This document shows, piece by piece, positions 11,711 through 21,430 of a stretch of DNA of 64,000 bases. The notes below the pieces were generated by a model that saw nothing but the letters and a program-made list of their open reading frames with translations, searched no databases and was not told the DNA's origin. How positions within the stretch are numbered: position 1 is the stretch's first letter; each line of letters opens with the position of its first letter. The translations under genes were made by a program, and so were the position numbers. The DNA is from Candidatus Sysuiplasma jiujiangense (GTDB lineage: Archaea > Thermoplasmatota > Thermoplasmata > Sysuiplasmatales > Sysuiplasmataceae). The stretch lies in assembly GCA_019721075.1 (NCBI GenBank), contig JAHEAD010000010.1, positions 3,400-67,399 of the forward strand, written 5' to 3'.

Positions 11711-13029
11711 ACGAATTCCCCCGCGATCCTTGCCGCCCTGATGATCTCTTCCTCGGTTGTGCTTTCGCTTACCGCCCATAGCACGGAACTTTCCATGCCG
11801 TCGACAATGCCGTCCAGCTGAAGTCCTCCGATTATTCCATGTTTCAGGAGCTCCTCAATCATTCGTCCGGTATCCGAATGGGATGATGACACGAATTCGT
11901 TGAAGCCGGGTCCTTTGAATGGTATCTCCGAACCGTGCTCCGCAAAAAGTTCCATCGCCCTGCGTCTGTTTCTTTCAGTTCTGCTTGCCACGTCTGCGAG
12001 GCCTTCCGGTCCCATCGCAGCGACATACACGGACGCGGCAACCGCGAGCAGCGTCTGATTCGTGCAGACGTTCGAGGTTGCCTTGGAGCGCCGTATATGC
12101 TGCTCCCTTGCCTGAAGCGTCAGGCAGAAGGATCTTTTACCTTCCGAATCAACGGTTGCGCCCACAATTCTTCCAGGCATTTTCCTGACATGCTCCCTGC
12201 GGCAGCCGAATATACCTAGAAAAGGTCCGCCGAAATTCATGTTGAGTCCGAGCGACTGCCCTTCGCCCACGACAATGTCCGCACCGTATTCTCCCGGCGG
12301 AATTACGGTGGCGAGCGAGAGAGGATTTACACCCGCCACGAGCATCGCGTTTCCGATCATGCCCTTGAGCTCCGTTATGTCTTCCTGATAGAGGCCGAGA
12401 AAATTGGGCATTTCGATATAGACGCCTGCAGCTCCCTGCTTCGCAATGGCCGATATCTCGCGCAGTTCTGCCTGACCGTTGTTCCTGTTGAATGGATATT
12501 CCCTGACTTCGAGCCCCATTCCGGCTACGTAATTTCGCAGGACGGATTTCTTCCATGGGGCCATGGCGGCGGGGATCAGGAAGAAACTGCCGTCGCTTAT
12601 CCTGCCGCACATGCAGGCCGCCTCGCCGAGCGCACTTGCACCGTCATAAAGGGATGCATTGATCACGTCCATTCCGGTCAGCTCGGCCAGCAGGCTCTGA
12701 TACTCGAAAATAAGCTGAAGAAGCCCCTGGCTCAGCTCAGACTGGTAAGGTGTATAGGATGTGTAGAGCTCAGATCTTCCCACGACTTGCTGGACTATGG
12801 CGGGTATGAATGTGTTGTACACGCCTCCGCCGAGAAAACAGGCATATTCGGAACAGTCCGTGTTGGCATTGAGCACATTGTGCAGATGTCGTAGAACCTC
12901 GATTTCACTCATACCGTCAGGGAGATTAAGTCCGTCCGATCTGAATTTGACCGGTATGTCAGCAAAAAGTTCATCTACCGAGCCCAGACCCAGAAAACTG
13001 AGCATTTCCTGATTTTCCTTGGGATCCAT
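11707..13029 (-). CDS. gcvPA: Glycine dehydrogenase (decarboxylating) subunit 1
   Basis: YTSYTPYQSELSQG, NASLYDGA and REQHIRRSKATSNVCTNQ. Confidence 0.96.
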   Translation of the reverse strand: MDPKENQEMLSFLGLGSVDELFADIPVKFRSDGLNLPDGMSEIEVLRHLHNVLNANTDCSEYACFLGGGVYNTFIPAIVQQVVGRSELYTSYTPYQSELSQGLLQLIFEYQSLLAELTGMDVINASLYDGASALGEAACMCGRISDGSFFLIPAAMAPWKKSVLRNYVAGMGLEVREYPFNRNNGQAELREISAIAKQGAAGVYIEMPNFLGLYQEDITELKGMIGNAMLVAGVNPLSLATVIPPGEYGADIVVGEGQSLGLNMNFGGPFLGIFGCRREHVRKMPGRIVGATVDSEGKRSFCLTLQAREQHIRRSKATSNVCTNQTLLAVAASVYVAAMGPEGLADVASRTERNRRRAMELFAEHGSEIPFKGPGFNEFVSSSHSDTGRMIEELLKHGIIGGLQLDGIVDGMESSVLWAVSESTTEEEIIRAARIAGEFV

Positions 13030-13075
13030 CGGTGACGGTCTAAAGTCGACTATGACTTAATCTTTCCTGAGCGCA

Positions 13076-13759
13076 TTATCGGCCATCTGCGTCAATTATG
13101 ACGGCTGCCTCTCTTTCTATGAGTATCTTCGCATAACGTTCCGGCAGATTTGCAACGTCTCCACGAGAAGCCCTGATGCTGCCGAATTCCGTTGTGAATT
13201 CCGGTATATCGGAAACAAACCTTATAAGGAGCATTTTGTTCCCGCCCAGCGTATCCTCTGATGATGCAGTACGCGGATGCTCCTCACTGACATGCACTGA
13301 ATCGCCGTCTGTTCGCTGCACCTCTTTTCCTGCCTGCCCGGCCGCCGCTTCTTCAGCGGCGCGGGCAGGATGGACAGTTTCATCCGGACTTCTCATCGCA
13401 GTGTCCTCATGCGCCCTGACCAGTTTTCTGGCCGAGGTGAAAAATTCCCTCTCCTCGTCTGCCAGCCCCCGGATCTCGTAATCCTCCTGCTTCCTCTGAC
13501 TCACTGCAAGGAGCAGCAGCTTGCGCGTCCTGAATTCCCATATGTGGCGAAGGAGCTTCACCGTTTCTCTAATCTGGGCAGATGCGGTGACGGCGTACTC
13601 TGTGCCTGGTGCAGATTTGCTCTCAGTCCTCAGTTCCTCGATGTAAGCCCTCGCCTTTGCGTAGAAATCAGGCGGTATTTCTGCAAGGGGCTCCTTCCGT
13701 TCGTTTCTGTAGATCTTTGTGATTTCGCTGTAATTGACCCGGTATTCGTCGGAGACCAT
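13076..13759 (-). CDS. DNA replication GINS protein (Gins51-like: A domain, linker, B domain)
   Basis: ERKEPLAEIPPDFY...RTRKLL...EEREFF, a low-complexity linker, then LIRFVSDIPEF...GDVANLPERYAKILIER. Confidence 0.75.
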   Translation of the reverse strand: MVSDEYRVNYSEITKIYRNERKEPLAEIPPDFYAKARAYIEELRTESKSAPGTEYAVTASAQIRETVKLLRHIWEFRTRKLLLLAVSQRKQEDYEIRGLADEEREFFTSARKLVRAHEDTAMRSPDETVHPARAAEEAAAGQAGKEVQRTDGDSVHVSEEHPRTASSEDTLGGNKMLLIRFVSDIPEFTTEFGSIRASRGDVANLPERYAKILIEREAAVIIDADGR

Positions 13760-13836
13760 CGTTAAATGATACGAGCGACATTATAAGAAACCTTTTTTTA
13801 TTCATGCTGTGATAGGACTTCAAAACGGCCGCTTCC

Positions 13837-14238
13837 ATGAACTCTTCCGTTAAAATGCTCGAAAAGATGGAAAAGCTGATTGACGAGCTATCGGAACTCA
13901 ATACACAGTTTCCAATAGTAGTTGAAGGCATCAACGACAGGAAGGCTATGAGAAAACTCGGCATAGGAGGGGAAATTTTTGTTCTCAACGGCCGGCATAC
14001 GCTGTTCGAAATGTGCGAAGAAATGAGCAGAAGCTACAGAAAAGTCATAATAATGACCGACTGGGACAGGAAAGGGGGGCAGCTGTGCCGGGCGCTTTCA
14101 AACGGCTTCATTTCCAACGGTGTAAAAACGGTAGAGCATCTAAGGGCGCAGATCGCTTCCCTGAGCGTAGGGGAGTCCAAGGATGTTGAGGGCCTGCCGT
14201 CGTTTTACGAACGGCTGCGCAAACGAGCGCTCAGGTAA
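13837..14238 (+). CDS. Small TOPRIM-domain protein
   Basis: IVVEGINDRKA and IIMTDWDRKG. Confidence 0.85.
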   Translation: MNSSVKMLEKMEKLIDELSELNTQFPIVVEGINDRKAMRKLGIGGEIFVLNGRHTLFEMCEEMSRSYRKVIIMTDWDRKGGQLCRALSNGFISNGVKTVEHLRAQIASLSVGESKDVEGLPSFYERLRKRALR

Positions 14239-14293
14239 CTCGTGTCGCCCTTTCGGCATTGTGCGAAACACATCCGTTGCACTGAATTTCGAA

Positions 14294-16081
14294 TCATTCA
14301 TCAGATGCATACAGCGTCTCTCCCCTCTCAAGCCTTGTTGCAATGCTGAATGTCTGCAGATCGGCTCTGTCTGTGGGTGAATGGGCTGCCACATACCGGG
14401 CTGCGGCGATCGCAACCAGTCTTGCGGATTCCGCAGACAGTTTTCCCCGCCTGACAATATTCATGCAGGCATCAATCAGCTGGTATGTGTGGAATTCCGC
14501 ATCCTCCCGCAGAACACATTTTGCAAGCAGTTTCATCAGACCCAAAATTTCGCCTCCGCGGGCAAGATATGTGTTCACCAGATCCTTTGCCCTTCCCACG
14601 TCCTTCGCGTTCATGGATTTTTCAAGTTCGTCAAGCGGCGACTGGACACCTGACACAACCGAATGAACCTGGTCAATGTCCGCTGCGGGCATGTTTAGGA
14701 AACGGTTCAGATAAGTGTTCATTGCACCGTGGTAAATTGCTTTTATTACAGGTTCGTTGGAGAGCACCCTGGATGCCGAGTTGTACACCGCATTGGAATA
14801 TGTGAATGCATGAAGGACGGTGATCCAGTCGTCGAATTCGTTCTGATCGTGGAAGAGGGCAATTCTGAATGCGGATGCAAGTGTCAGTGAAAAAGCACAG
14901 TCGAGTGTCGTCCACCCCGATTTCAGCCTGCTTTCTATTGCCGAAAGTATTGCTTCAGGTTCGCCTTCAACGATCTTCCACGCAAGAGCATCTATCTCTT
15001 CCGCAGATGCGTTTCTGTTCCCTCCATTATTCGCGATTGAACCTGCACGACCTTCATATTCGGACAAAAGCGACGCAATATCGACCGGATTCCTCCAGGC
15101 ACTGTCCTCCTCGTGTCTCCTTGCATTGCACAGCTGCCTCACGACCGACAGTAGTGTCTGTGGCGCACTTTCCCAGCCGATTGTATCCAGCAGGTCAAAA
15201 GCTTTGTTTATGAAATCGTAGACATGCCCGCCGTCAATGAAAATATGGTCCGTTGCAGCCTGCAGCAGGGCAGTGGCGCAATCATTTTTCGTGGAAAGGC
15301 ATGCCATCGTCAGTAGCGTGCGCATTGCAGCGTCCGGCTCACGCTGCTCTACGAAAGTCCTCAGCCAGAGGGATAGATTTCGCATGCCGTCATGCGAGAC
15401 CGGATGTCCAAGCGGTTCCACCTGCGGTCTGTCGGCTCCGTTGAAATAATCACCGGCGACATGCATTACACCCTTGAACAAAGCCGTTTCTGCCCACTCC
15501 CTGTCCAGAAACGGAATTATGTTTCCCATGCAGGTAAGTATTGTAAGTCCGGAAGCCCATCCGCGCTGCTTTACAGTACCGTAGGCCGAGGCAATGGAAA
15601 GTATCCTTTTCCCGCCTTCCTCCAGGCCACGCTGATTCACTTCACGTATGATGGATTTGGCAATCACAAGATTGATCGACTGCACTATCCCGGTCCTGAG
15701 TCTCGAATCTATTTGTTCGAGGACACTGCCGCCTCGGCTGACTGCCTTGTCTTCGATGAAGACACGGCCGTCATGTGTCCTCACCTCAAAAACAGCCGCA
15801 TCGTCAGCAAAGAGATCAAAGGTGCAGCCGCTCTCTGCATCGAATCTTGCGTGGTGCCAGTGGCAGGTCAGCATACCCTGCTTCAACGTTCCCTTTGAAA
15901 GAGGGTACCCCATGTGCGGGCACCGGTTATCTAAAGCATATATCCTTCCGCCTTCGTAAAAGAGTGCCACAGGGCGCCCGGATACGGTAACGGTTTTGAC
16001 ACCGGCGTGCATCAGCTCGTCAACAGAGCACACATCCGTGCGATCTGTTTTTCCCTTTCCATCCGTCATGTTTGGGGACAT
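14294..16081 (-). CDS. Rieske (2Fe-2S) domain protein with a large helical C-terminal region
   Basis: NRCPHMG...TCHWHHARF Rieske motif followed by about 480 aa of unrecognised sequence. Confidence 0.85.
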   Translation of the reverse strand: MSPNMTDGKGKTDRTDVCSVDELMHAGVKTVTVSGRPVALFYEGGRIYALDNRCPHMGYPLSKGTLKQGMLTCHWHHARFDAESGCTFDLFADDAAVFEVRTHDGRVFIEDKAVSRGGSVLEQIDSRLRTGIVQSINLVIAKSIIREVNQRGLEEGGKRILSIASAYGTVKQRGWASGLTILTCMGNIIPFLDREWAETALFKGVMHVAGDYFNGADRPQVEPLGHPVSHDGMRNLSLWLRTFVEQREPDAAMRTLLTMACLSTKNDCATALLQAATDHIFIDGGHVYDFINKAFDLLDTIGWESAPQTLLSVVRQLCNARRHEEDSAWRNPVDIASLLSEYEGRAGSIANNGGNRNASAEEIDALAWKIVEGEPEAILSAIESRLKSGWTTLDCAFSLTLASAFRIALFHDQNEFDDWITVLHAFTYSNAVYNSASRVLSNEPVIKAIYHGAMNTYLNRFLNMPAADIDQVHSVVSGVQSPLDELEKSMNAKDVGRAKDLVNTYLARGGEILGLMKLLAKCVLREDAEFHTYQLIDACMNIVRRGKLSAESARLVAIAAARYVAAHSPTDRADLQTFSIATRLERGETLYASDE

Positions 16082-16543
16082 TGCGAAGAGAATCCGGAGC
16101 AGGTTATTTAAAATTAATTGTTTATAAATTTTATGAATATCACGGCGACCACACTGCTGAAGCAGCCGGGACTGCAGGTCTCCCAGGCCTGCCGTTGAAT
16201 TGCAGCTGAAATTCGTACTGCGTAACGTAGCAGCTTATTCCGCCGCGGCTCATCAAACGGGAATAATTCCATTCGCTCATTTTCAGGTTCGGCATCAGCC
16301 GCACGGTGATGCGAGTTTCGAGACCGGCGTTCAGATGGGAGTCTGCACGCGCAATGAGAACATATCCGGCGGCTGAGAAGACAGCATCTTCTCAAGATGG
16401 CAGGCAGCCTGTTTACTTGCCCGAAATTCAACAGGTGCACATAACAGTCGCCGCGCCGCACAGATCATGTTTGCCATTTCAGGACAGAGATTCACCGATC
16501 TAAGAAAAGTTATTAATTATCCTCCAATATGGACGCGCCTGAC

Positions 16544-16640
16544 GGGTCCGTAGCTCAGCTAGGTAGAGCAATCGGCTCTTAACCGAAAGGTCGAGGGTTC
16601 GAATGACAGTATATGTCCGAACATCCCTCCGGGCCCGCCA
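16544..16640 (+). tRNA. tRNA-Lys(CTT) with a 20-nt intron in the T-loop (16604-16623, position 59/60)
   Basis: Acceptor stem GGGTCCG/CGGGCCC, anticodon loop CTCTTAA, encoded CCA. The T-arm GAGGG-TTCGAA|T-CCCTC is interrupted by an insert that forms a bulge-helix-bulge (BHB). Confidence 0.93.
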
Positions 16641-16888
16641 TCCGGTGATGCCGGAAAGTTTGCGTGGGGGGCATACTGAATCAGGCTGCCATGCTGCCGG
16701 CATATCGCCGTAACGGCGATTTGATTTGCGGTTCCGGCTGCATCCGTTACTGCCAGTCGTCGCGGCTGAATCTCGCACAACTGTGTGCACATGGAATGGA
16801 CTACCCGAAGGAATTGCCTCGTGGGGATGCGACCATCAGAGGGTGCGCAACATTACTCATTTAATAGGTGCAAGCACATGGAAGCCTG

Positions 16889-19357
16889 ATGAAATTCAGG
16901 TGGGTTCCAGTCCTTATTGTAATACTGGTCATACTCTCGTTCTTTTCATCCCAGACCGGACTTTTGAATCCCGCCAATGGCCTCTGGACGACAATCAACA
17001 ATTCACGGTATACTGGAGGAAAACTGAATGTCGCCCACCTTCTTGAACCGGTCAATGTCAGCATAGATAGTTCAGGGGTGGCACATATCGTGGCGCAGAA
17101 CAACCATGACCTTTTTGTGGCGCAGGGATATTACGTGGCGAGCAACAGGCTGTTCCAGATGGAACTGCAGGTGCTGCTTGCATCCGGAAACCTGAGCCGG
17201 TATGTAGGGAAGGCTGCACTTGGTTCTGACATTACAATGCATCTCATCGGCCTGCCGCAGGATGCCTATCGTCTCCAGATGCTCCTGAAGGAAGAGTATC
17301 CGCAGTACTACGCATACCTCTCCGACTACAGCACCGGTGTCAACGATTTCATCAACCATACGCAGAATTCGCTTCCATTCGGATTCAAACTTCTTGGGTT
17401 TCATCCATTCTACTGGACGCCTTTCGACATACTCGTGTGGCAGGAATTCATGTCATGGTCGCTCATTACGGGTTCGTCGGACCCGCTTGCATCCGCCATT
17501 ATGTACAATGCGTTCGGATTCAGCAACCTGACACAGATATGGCCATACTACCCGTATTACACGCAGTCGGTGACAGTTGTTCCGGGAAGCGGCAGTGTTA
17601 ACGGATACGGGCTTTCCTCCCAGTCCGTTCCTCCCGGATACCTCTGGTCTCAAAACTGGTATTCCCAGTGGGCAACCGGTGTAAACACATCGTATCTCGG
17701 GACTTTACAGACACTGCTCTTCGGGGCGCTGGAAAACATCTCTGATCCGTACGCCGGGATAATGACCAGCTATCTGGACAATGGCGTCGGCAGCAACAGC
17801 TGGGTTGTGGCTTCATCCTATTCGACAGACCATAATCCGATACTGGCAAACGATCCACACCTGACGCTGTATGCTCCGTCGCTCTGGATACCGTTGCAGC
17901 TTAAGGACAGCAGCATGAATGTAACAGGATGGGCCCTTGCAGGCATTCCCGGAATACTGATTGGCCATACAAGCAGAACTGCGTGGGGTCTGACAACACC
18001 TGAAGGCAACTCTGCCAACGATTATCTTGAAATCCTTCAGGGCAACAGCTACCTTTATGATGGCACCTGGCATCCTATGACCGTCCTGAATTATACGCTG
18101 CTTGGCCACATACACAGCATTTACTATACGAACAACGGGCCGCTCATTGCAAGGAGTGCGAACGCAGGCATCAGCATGCGCTGGTCAACACCTTCCTCAT
18201 CGCTGGATCTGGTGGCAGAAATAATGCTTGACCAGTCTGGCAATTACACGCAGATGGTGGATGCACTGCAATACTGGGGATCGCCGCCTCAGAACTTTGC
18301 GCTTGTTTCAGTACACAATGCCGGAATAATTACTGCCGGAAAATATCCGCTGATAAATGAGACACTGCCTGACGGAAAAACTGTCAGCGTGGTCGGATCC
18401 AGGACTCTGCTGAACGGGACTACCGGGGCCTACGAGCCTGTGGGATATGTTCCATTCAAGTACCTGCCCCAGGCGGAGAATCCGGCAAGAGGCTTCCTGT
18501 TTGCGCCCAACCAGCCCACGGCAGGCATGAACTACCCGTACCCGTTCATAGGCGGTTTCTGGGCTTCAGGCGGCAGGGCCGAAACAATATTTCACTTCCT
18601 GAATAACAGCGGGGGCATGGACATTCGGCTGATGATGTCTCTGCAGTCCAATGTCAGCGATTACTGGGCGAGCCAGTTTACTCCGCTTGTAGTGAAGGCT
18701 CTGTCTGGACTGACCATGACTCAGGTGCAGAGCGAAGCCTACCAGTATCTTGCGTCGTGGAACTACACGGCTTATCAGGACGAGGTAGGAATCACCGTTT
18801 ACTGGTATTTCCTGTCGGAATTTTACAACATGACATTTGACCGAATCTACCAGGATCACGGCCTTTCCGGTATGCCGTCGCCTTACACATCCTCTGCAAT
18901 ATATCTTGCACAGAATGCTCCGGATTCGTTCTGGTTCAACGGCAATTTTACGGCGACGGCGAGGGCCGCATTTTCGGCTGCCGTCCAGTTCCTTGCACAG
19001 AAACTCGGTGCAGTAAGCGGATGGACTTGGGGTAGGGTCCACAGGCTGGAAATTTCCAGCTACACGGGACTCAGCGCACTGTCCATAGGGCCTATCCCGA
19101 TATGGGGCGACAGCCATACAGTCAGTGTCGGCGGAGTTCCGCTCAGCCTTGCTGTTCCGGAACAGAATGTTACAGTGAGCTCGTCGCTGAGAGAAATAGC
19201 CGAACCCGCTTCCGGCACATTCTTCGGAGTTTTTCCCGGCGGACCGAGCGAGAATATACTGAGCCATTATTTTGACAACCAGCTTCAGACCTGGATTAAT
19301 CATGGATATTACGACATGAGCACTCAGAGGACGGTGTATTTTTACGAATATACGTAG
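16889..19357 (+). CDS. Penicillin acylase family Ntn-hydrolase, exported or membrane-anchored
   Basis: N-terminal hydrophobic segment, DSSGVAHI, QGY...RLFQM, GSNSWVV (Ser nucleophile), LANDPHL and PGGPS. Confidence 0.93.
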   Translation: MKFRWVPVLIVILVILSFFSSQTGLLNPANGLWTTINNSRYTGGKLNVAHLLEPVNVSIDSSGVAHIVAQNNHDLFVAQGYYVASNRLFQMELQVLLASGNLSRYVGKAALGSDITMHLIGLPQDAYRLQMLLKEEYPQYYAYLSDYSTGVNDFINHTQNSLPFGFKLLGFHPFYWTPFDILVWQEFMSWSLITGSSDPLASAIMYNAFGFSNLTQIWPYYPYYTQSVTVVPGSGSVNGYGLSSQSVPPGYLWSQNWYSQWATGVNTSYLGTLQTLLFGALENISDPYAGIMTSYLDNGVGSNSWVVASSYSTDHNPILANDPHLTLYAPSLWIPLQLKDSSMNVTGWALAGIPGILIGHTSRTAWGLTTPEGNSANDYLEILQGNSYLYDGTWHPMTVLNYTLLGHIHSIYYTNNGPLIARSANAGISMRWSTPSSSLDLVAEIMLDQSGNYTQMVDALQYWGSPPQNFALVSVHNAGIITAGKYPLINETLPDGKTVSVVGSRTLLNGTTGAYEPVGYVPFKYLPQAENPARGFLFAPNQPTAGMNYPYPFIGGFWASGGRAETIFHFLNNSGGMDIRLMMSLQSNVSDYWASQFTPLVVKALSGLTMTQVQSEAYQYLASWNYTAYQDEVGITVYWYFLSEFYNMTFDRIYQDHGLSGMPSPYTSSAIYLAQNAPDSFWFNGNFTATARAAFSAAVQFLAQKLGAVSGWTWGRVHRLEISSYTGLSALSIGPIPIWGDSHTVSVGGVPLSLAVPEQNVTVSSSLREIAEPASGTFFGVFPGGPSENILSHYFDNQLQTWINHGYYDMSTQRTVYFYEYT

Positions 19358-19370
19358 AGTCATCGAGCAG

Positions 19371-19754
19371 GTGGCACTGGTTGTGATCGCTGTTGCACTC
19401 GCATATCTCGTGATGGAGGCGACACCGTATGCCCTCCTGGCAATCGTGGCGGCTGTCCCGCTTTTCCGGTTCAGCAAAAAGACGGGTTTCATCGCAGGAC
19501 TGGTAATAGGTTTCCTTGTTCCTGTTTCCACCTACCTGAGCTATCCTGCTTCAGATGTTGCGAAACTGTCTGATATCATATCTTCTATTGCCGGCCTGCC
19601 CGTTGTTGCAGTGGTTTTCCTCTATCCGATTGTGTTTGCGCTGATCATGGGATTTTCGGCACTCCTGTTTTCAGGCACATATGAGGAATTAATGAAGCGG
19701 CGGAAACGCGCTGACATTAAAAGCGGCGGCGAATCGCATGGGGAGGCATCATGA
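19371..19754 (+). CDS. Small membrane protein
   Basis: Several hydrophobic segments, directly after the acylase; start uncertain. Confidence 0.7.
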   Translation: MALVVIAVALAYLVMEATPYALLAIVAAVPLFRFSKKTGFIAGLVIGFLVPVSTYLSYPASDVAKLSDIISSIAGLPVVAVVFLYPIVFALIMGFSALLFSGTYEELMKRRKRADIKSGGESHGEAS

Positions 19755-20224
19755 ACATAAGGCCGAATAATGCGGATGCGATGGTGCAATAGCGTGTGCA
19801 TTGCACTTTCGGGCAGCACAGAAAGGATTTATTTTGCATTGGCGCAGTGGATGGCGATGAGGAAGCAAATGCCTGACCGCTTGCAACCAGTACAGACAGC
19901 AGCGCGAATGATGCTGCCGCGCCCGCAACTGCACCACTGCTTCCGCTCAGTTTTGCAGCCGTCGTCTTTGGTATCGGCCAATGAATATTGACCGTTTTTG
20001 ACAAATCTTAACCAAATCACCGCGACAGGGACAGCGTTTTTCAGCGCCGGAAGGAGCAGCGTCCCCGGGGACAGCCGGGCGGCACCTGAAAAATGGGCAG
20101 TCAACAATAAATAACAGGAAATTACGATGCAGGAGGGGATCACTTCATATTAGTTGACACTATGGAACAGTAAAGGGAGAGTGCATCTGATGACAGCCGG
20201 GACAGAACATGGGAGAAGGAGACG

Positions 20225-20995
20225 ATGAAGAAAATAATGTTTGTAGGAACAGCAGGAGCAGGTAAAACCACACTCACAGCCGCCTTTCAAAACTGGATGC
20301 ACGATAACGGCCACGACGCAATAACGCTCAACCTTGATCCTGGGGCTGAAAAGCTTCCATATCAGCCTGATGTGGACATCAGGGACTGGGTAAAGCTCGA
20401 CGAGGTCGTAAAGGAGTACAGCCTCGGACCAAACGGAGCTCAGATTGCGGCTGCCGACATGCTCGCCCTCAATATGGAAAAGGTGCTGGAGCCGGTAGAA
20501 AAGATTGACAGCGATTATCTGCTCGTTGACACGCCGGGACAGCTGGAGCTCTTTGCCTACAGGCAATCAGGAAATGTTGTGCTGCAGAAGCTGGGAATGG
20601 ATGAAACAGTAATTGCCTTTGTGACAGATCCGTCAATTTGCAAAACACCTTCGGGCTTTGTCTCCTCCGCGCTGCTCTTTGCAAGTGTAAATTTCAGATT
20701 TGATGTGCCTGCGCTTAACGTGCTGACCAAGACCGATACCATTACAGAGGAAGAACTGCAGAACATAATCGGCTGGTCCACTTCGGAGGACAGGCTCTAC
20801 GACGACCTTATGGAGTCGGACATACGATCCGCAAAGCCTCTCAGCCTCGAAATATTCAGGGCGCTGCGGGATGTAGGTGCATATAGCGAGCTGATTGCGG
20901 TGTCTTCCGAAGACTATTCCGGAATGGGAGACATATATACAATGGCTCAGGGCATCTTCCAGGGAGGAGAGGATCTCGACAGGCGTCTTGCCTGA
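20225..20995 (+). CDS. GPN-loop GTPase
   Basis: GTAGAGKTT, NLDPGA, LGPNGA, DTPGQLE and TKTD. Confidence 0.95.
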   Translation: MKKIMFVGTAGAGKTTLTAAFQNWMHDNGHDAITLNLDPGAEKLPYQPDVDIRDWVKLDEVVKEYSLGPNGAQIAAADMLALNMEKVLEPVEKIDSDYLLVDTPGQLELFAYRQSGNVVLQKLGMDETVIAFVTDPSICKTPSGFVSSALLFASVNFRFDVPALNVLTKTDTITEEELQNIIGWSTSEDRLYDDLMESDIRSAKPLSLEIFRALRDVGAYSELIAVSSEDYSGMGDIYTMAQGIFQGGEDLDRRLA

Positions 20996-21430
20996 ATCTG
21001 CCGCTGTCCGTATTCGCTTCACGACACATTTCCGTCCGAAAATTTACATGCCGCCCATCGTGTGCCGGGGTCTCGCCGGCATTCATGCCCGTTGTGACGG
21101 AGAGGGGCGGGATAGCACTGCCTGCGGTTATTCTGTGAATGGAAACAGGCCATGCGGCTGTTGCGATATTTCCTGACACTGCAGACGACTTCACTTCAGC
21201 TGCCGGAAGTGCATACTGTGCCGATCCGGGAGAGAACGTGTCCTACGGATTTCACATCATTAACGCATCGCCTGATCCTGCCCGCCTTCATCGTACATGG
21301 CCATACGGCAGGACATGGACGGCCCAGGGACGGCAGCCGCATACTGCAGAACTGCTGATGTGACCGCGGTGGGAGCGCCGGGGCTGCCGTGAACATACAG
21401 CGCAGCACAGGTAACGGTCGAAACGGGAAA

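Noticed and set aside
19751-20010. ATG overlapping the membrane gene stop, followed by an interrupted frame
   Set aside because: Multiple stops and no motif; at most an unidentifiable remnant.
21048-21363. Possible decayed gene between the GTPase and ilvD
   Set aside because: Interrupted frames and no recognisable family; cannot be supported.
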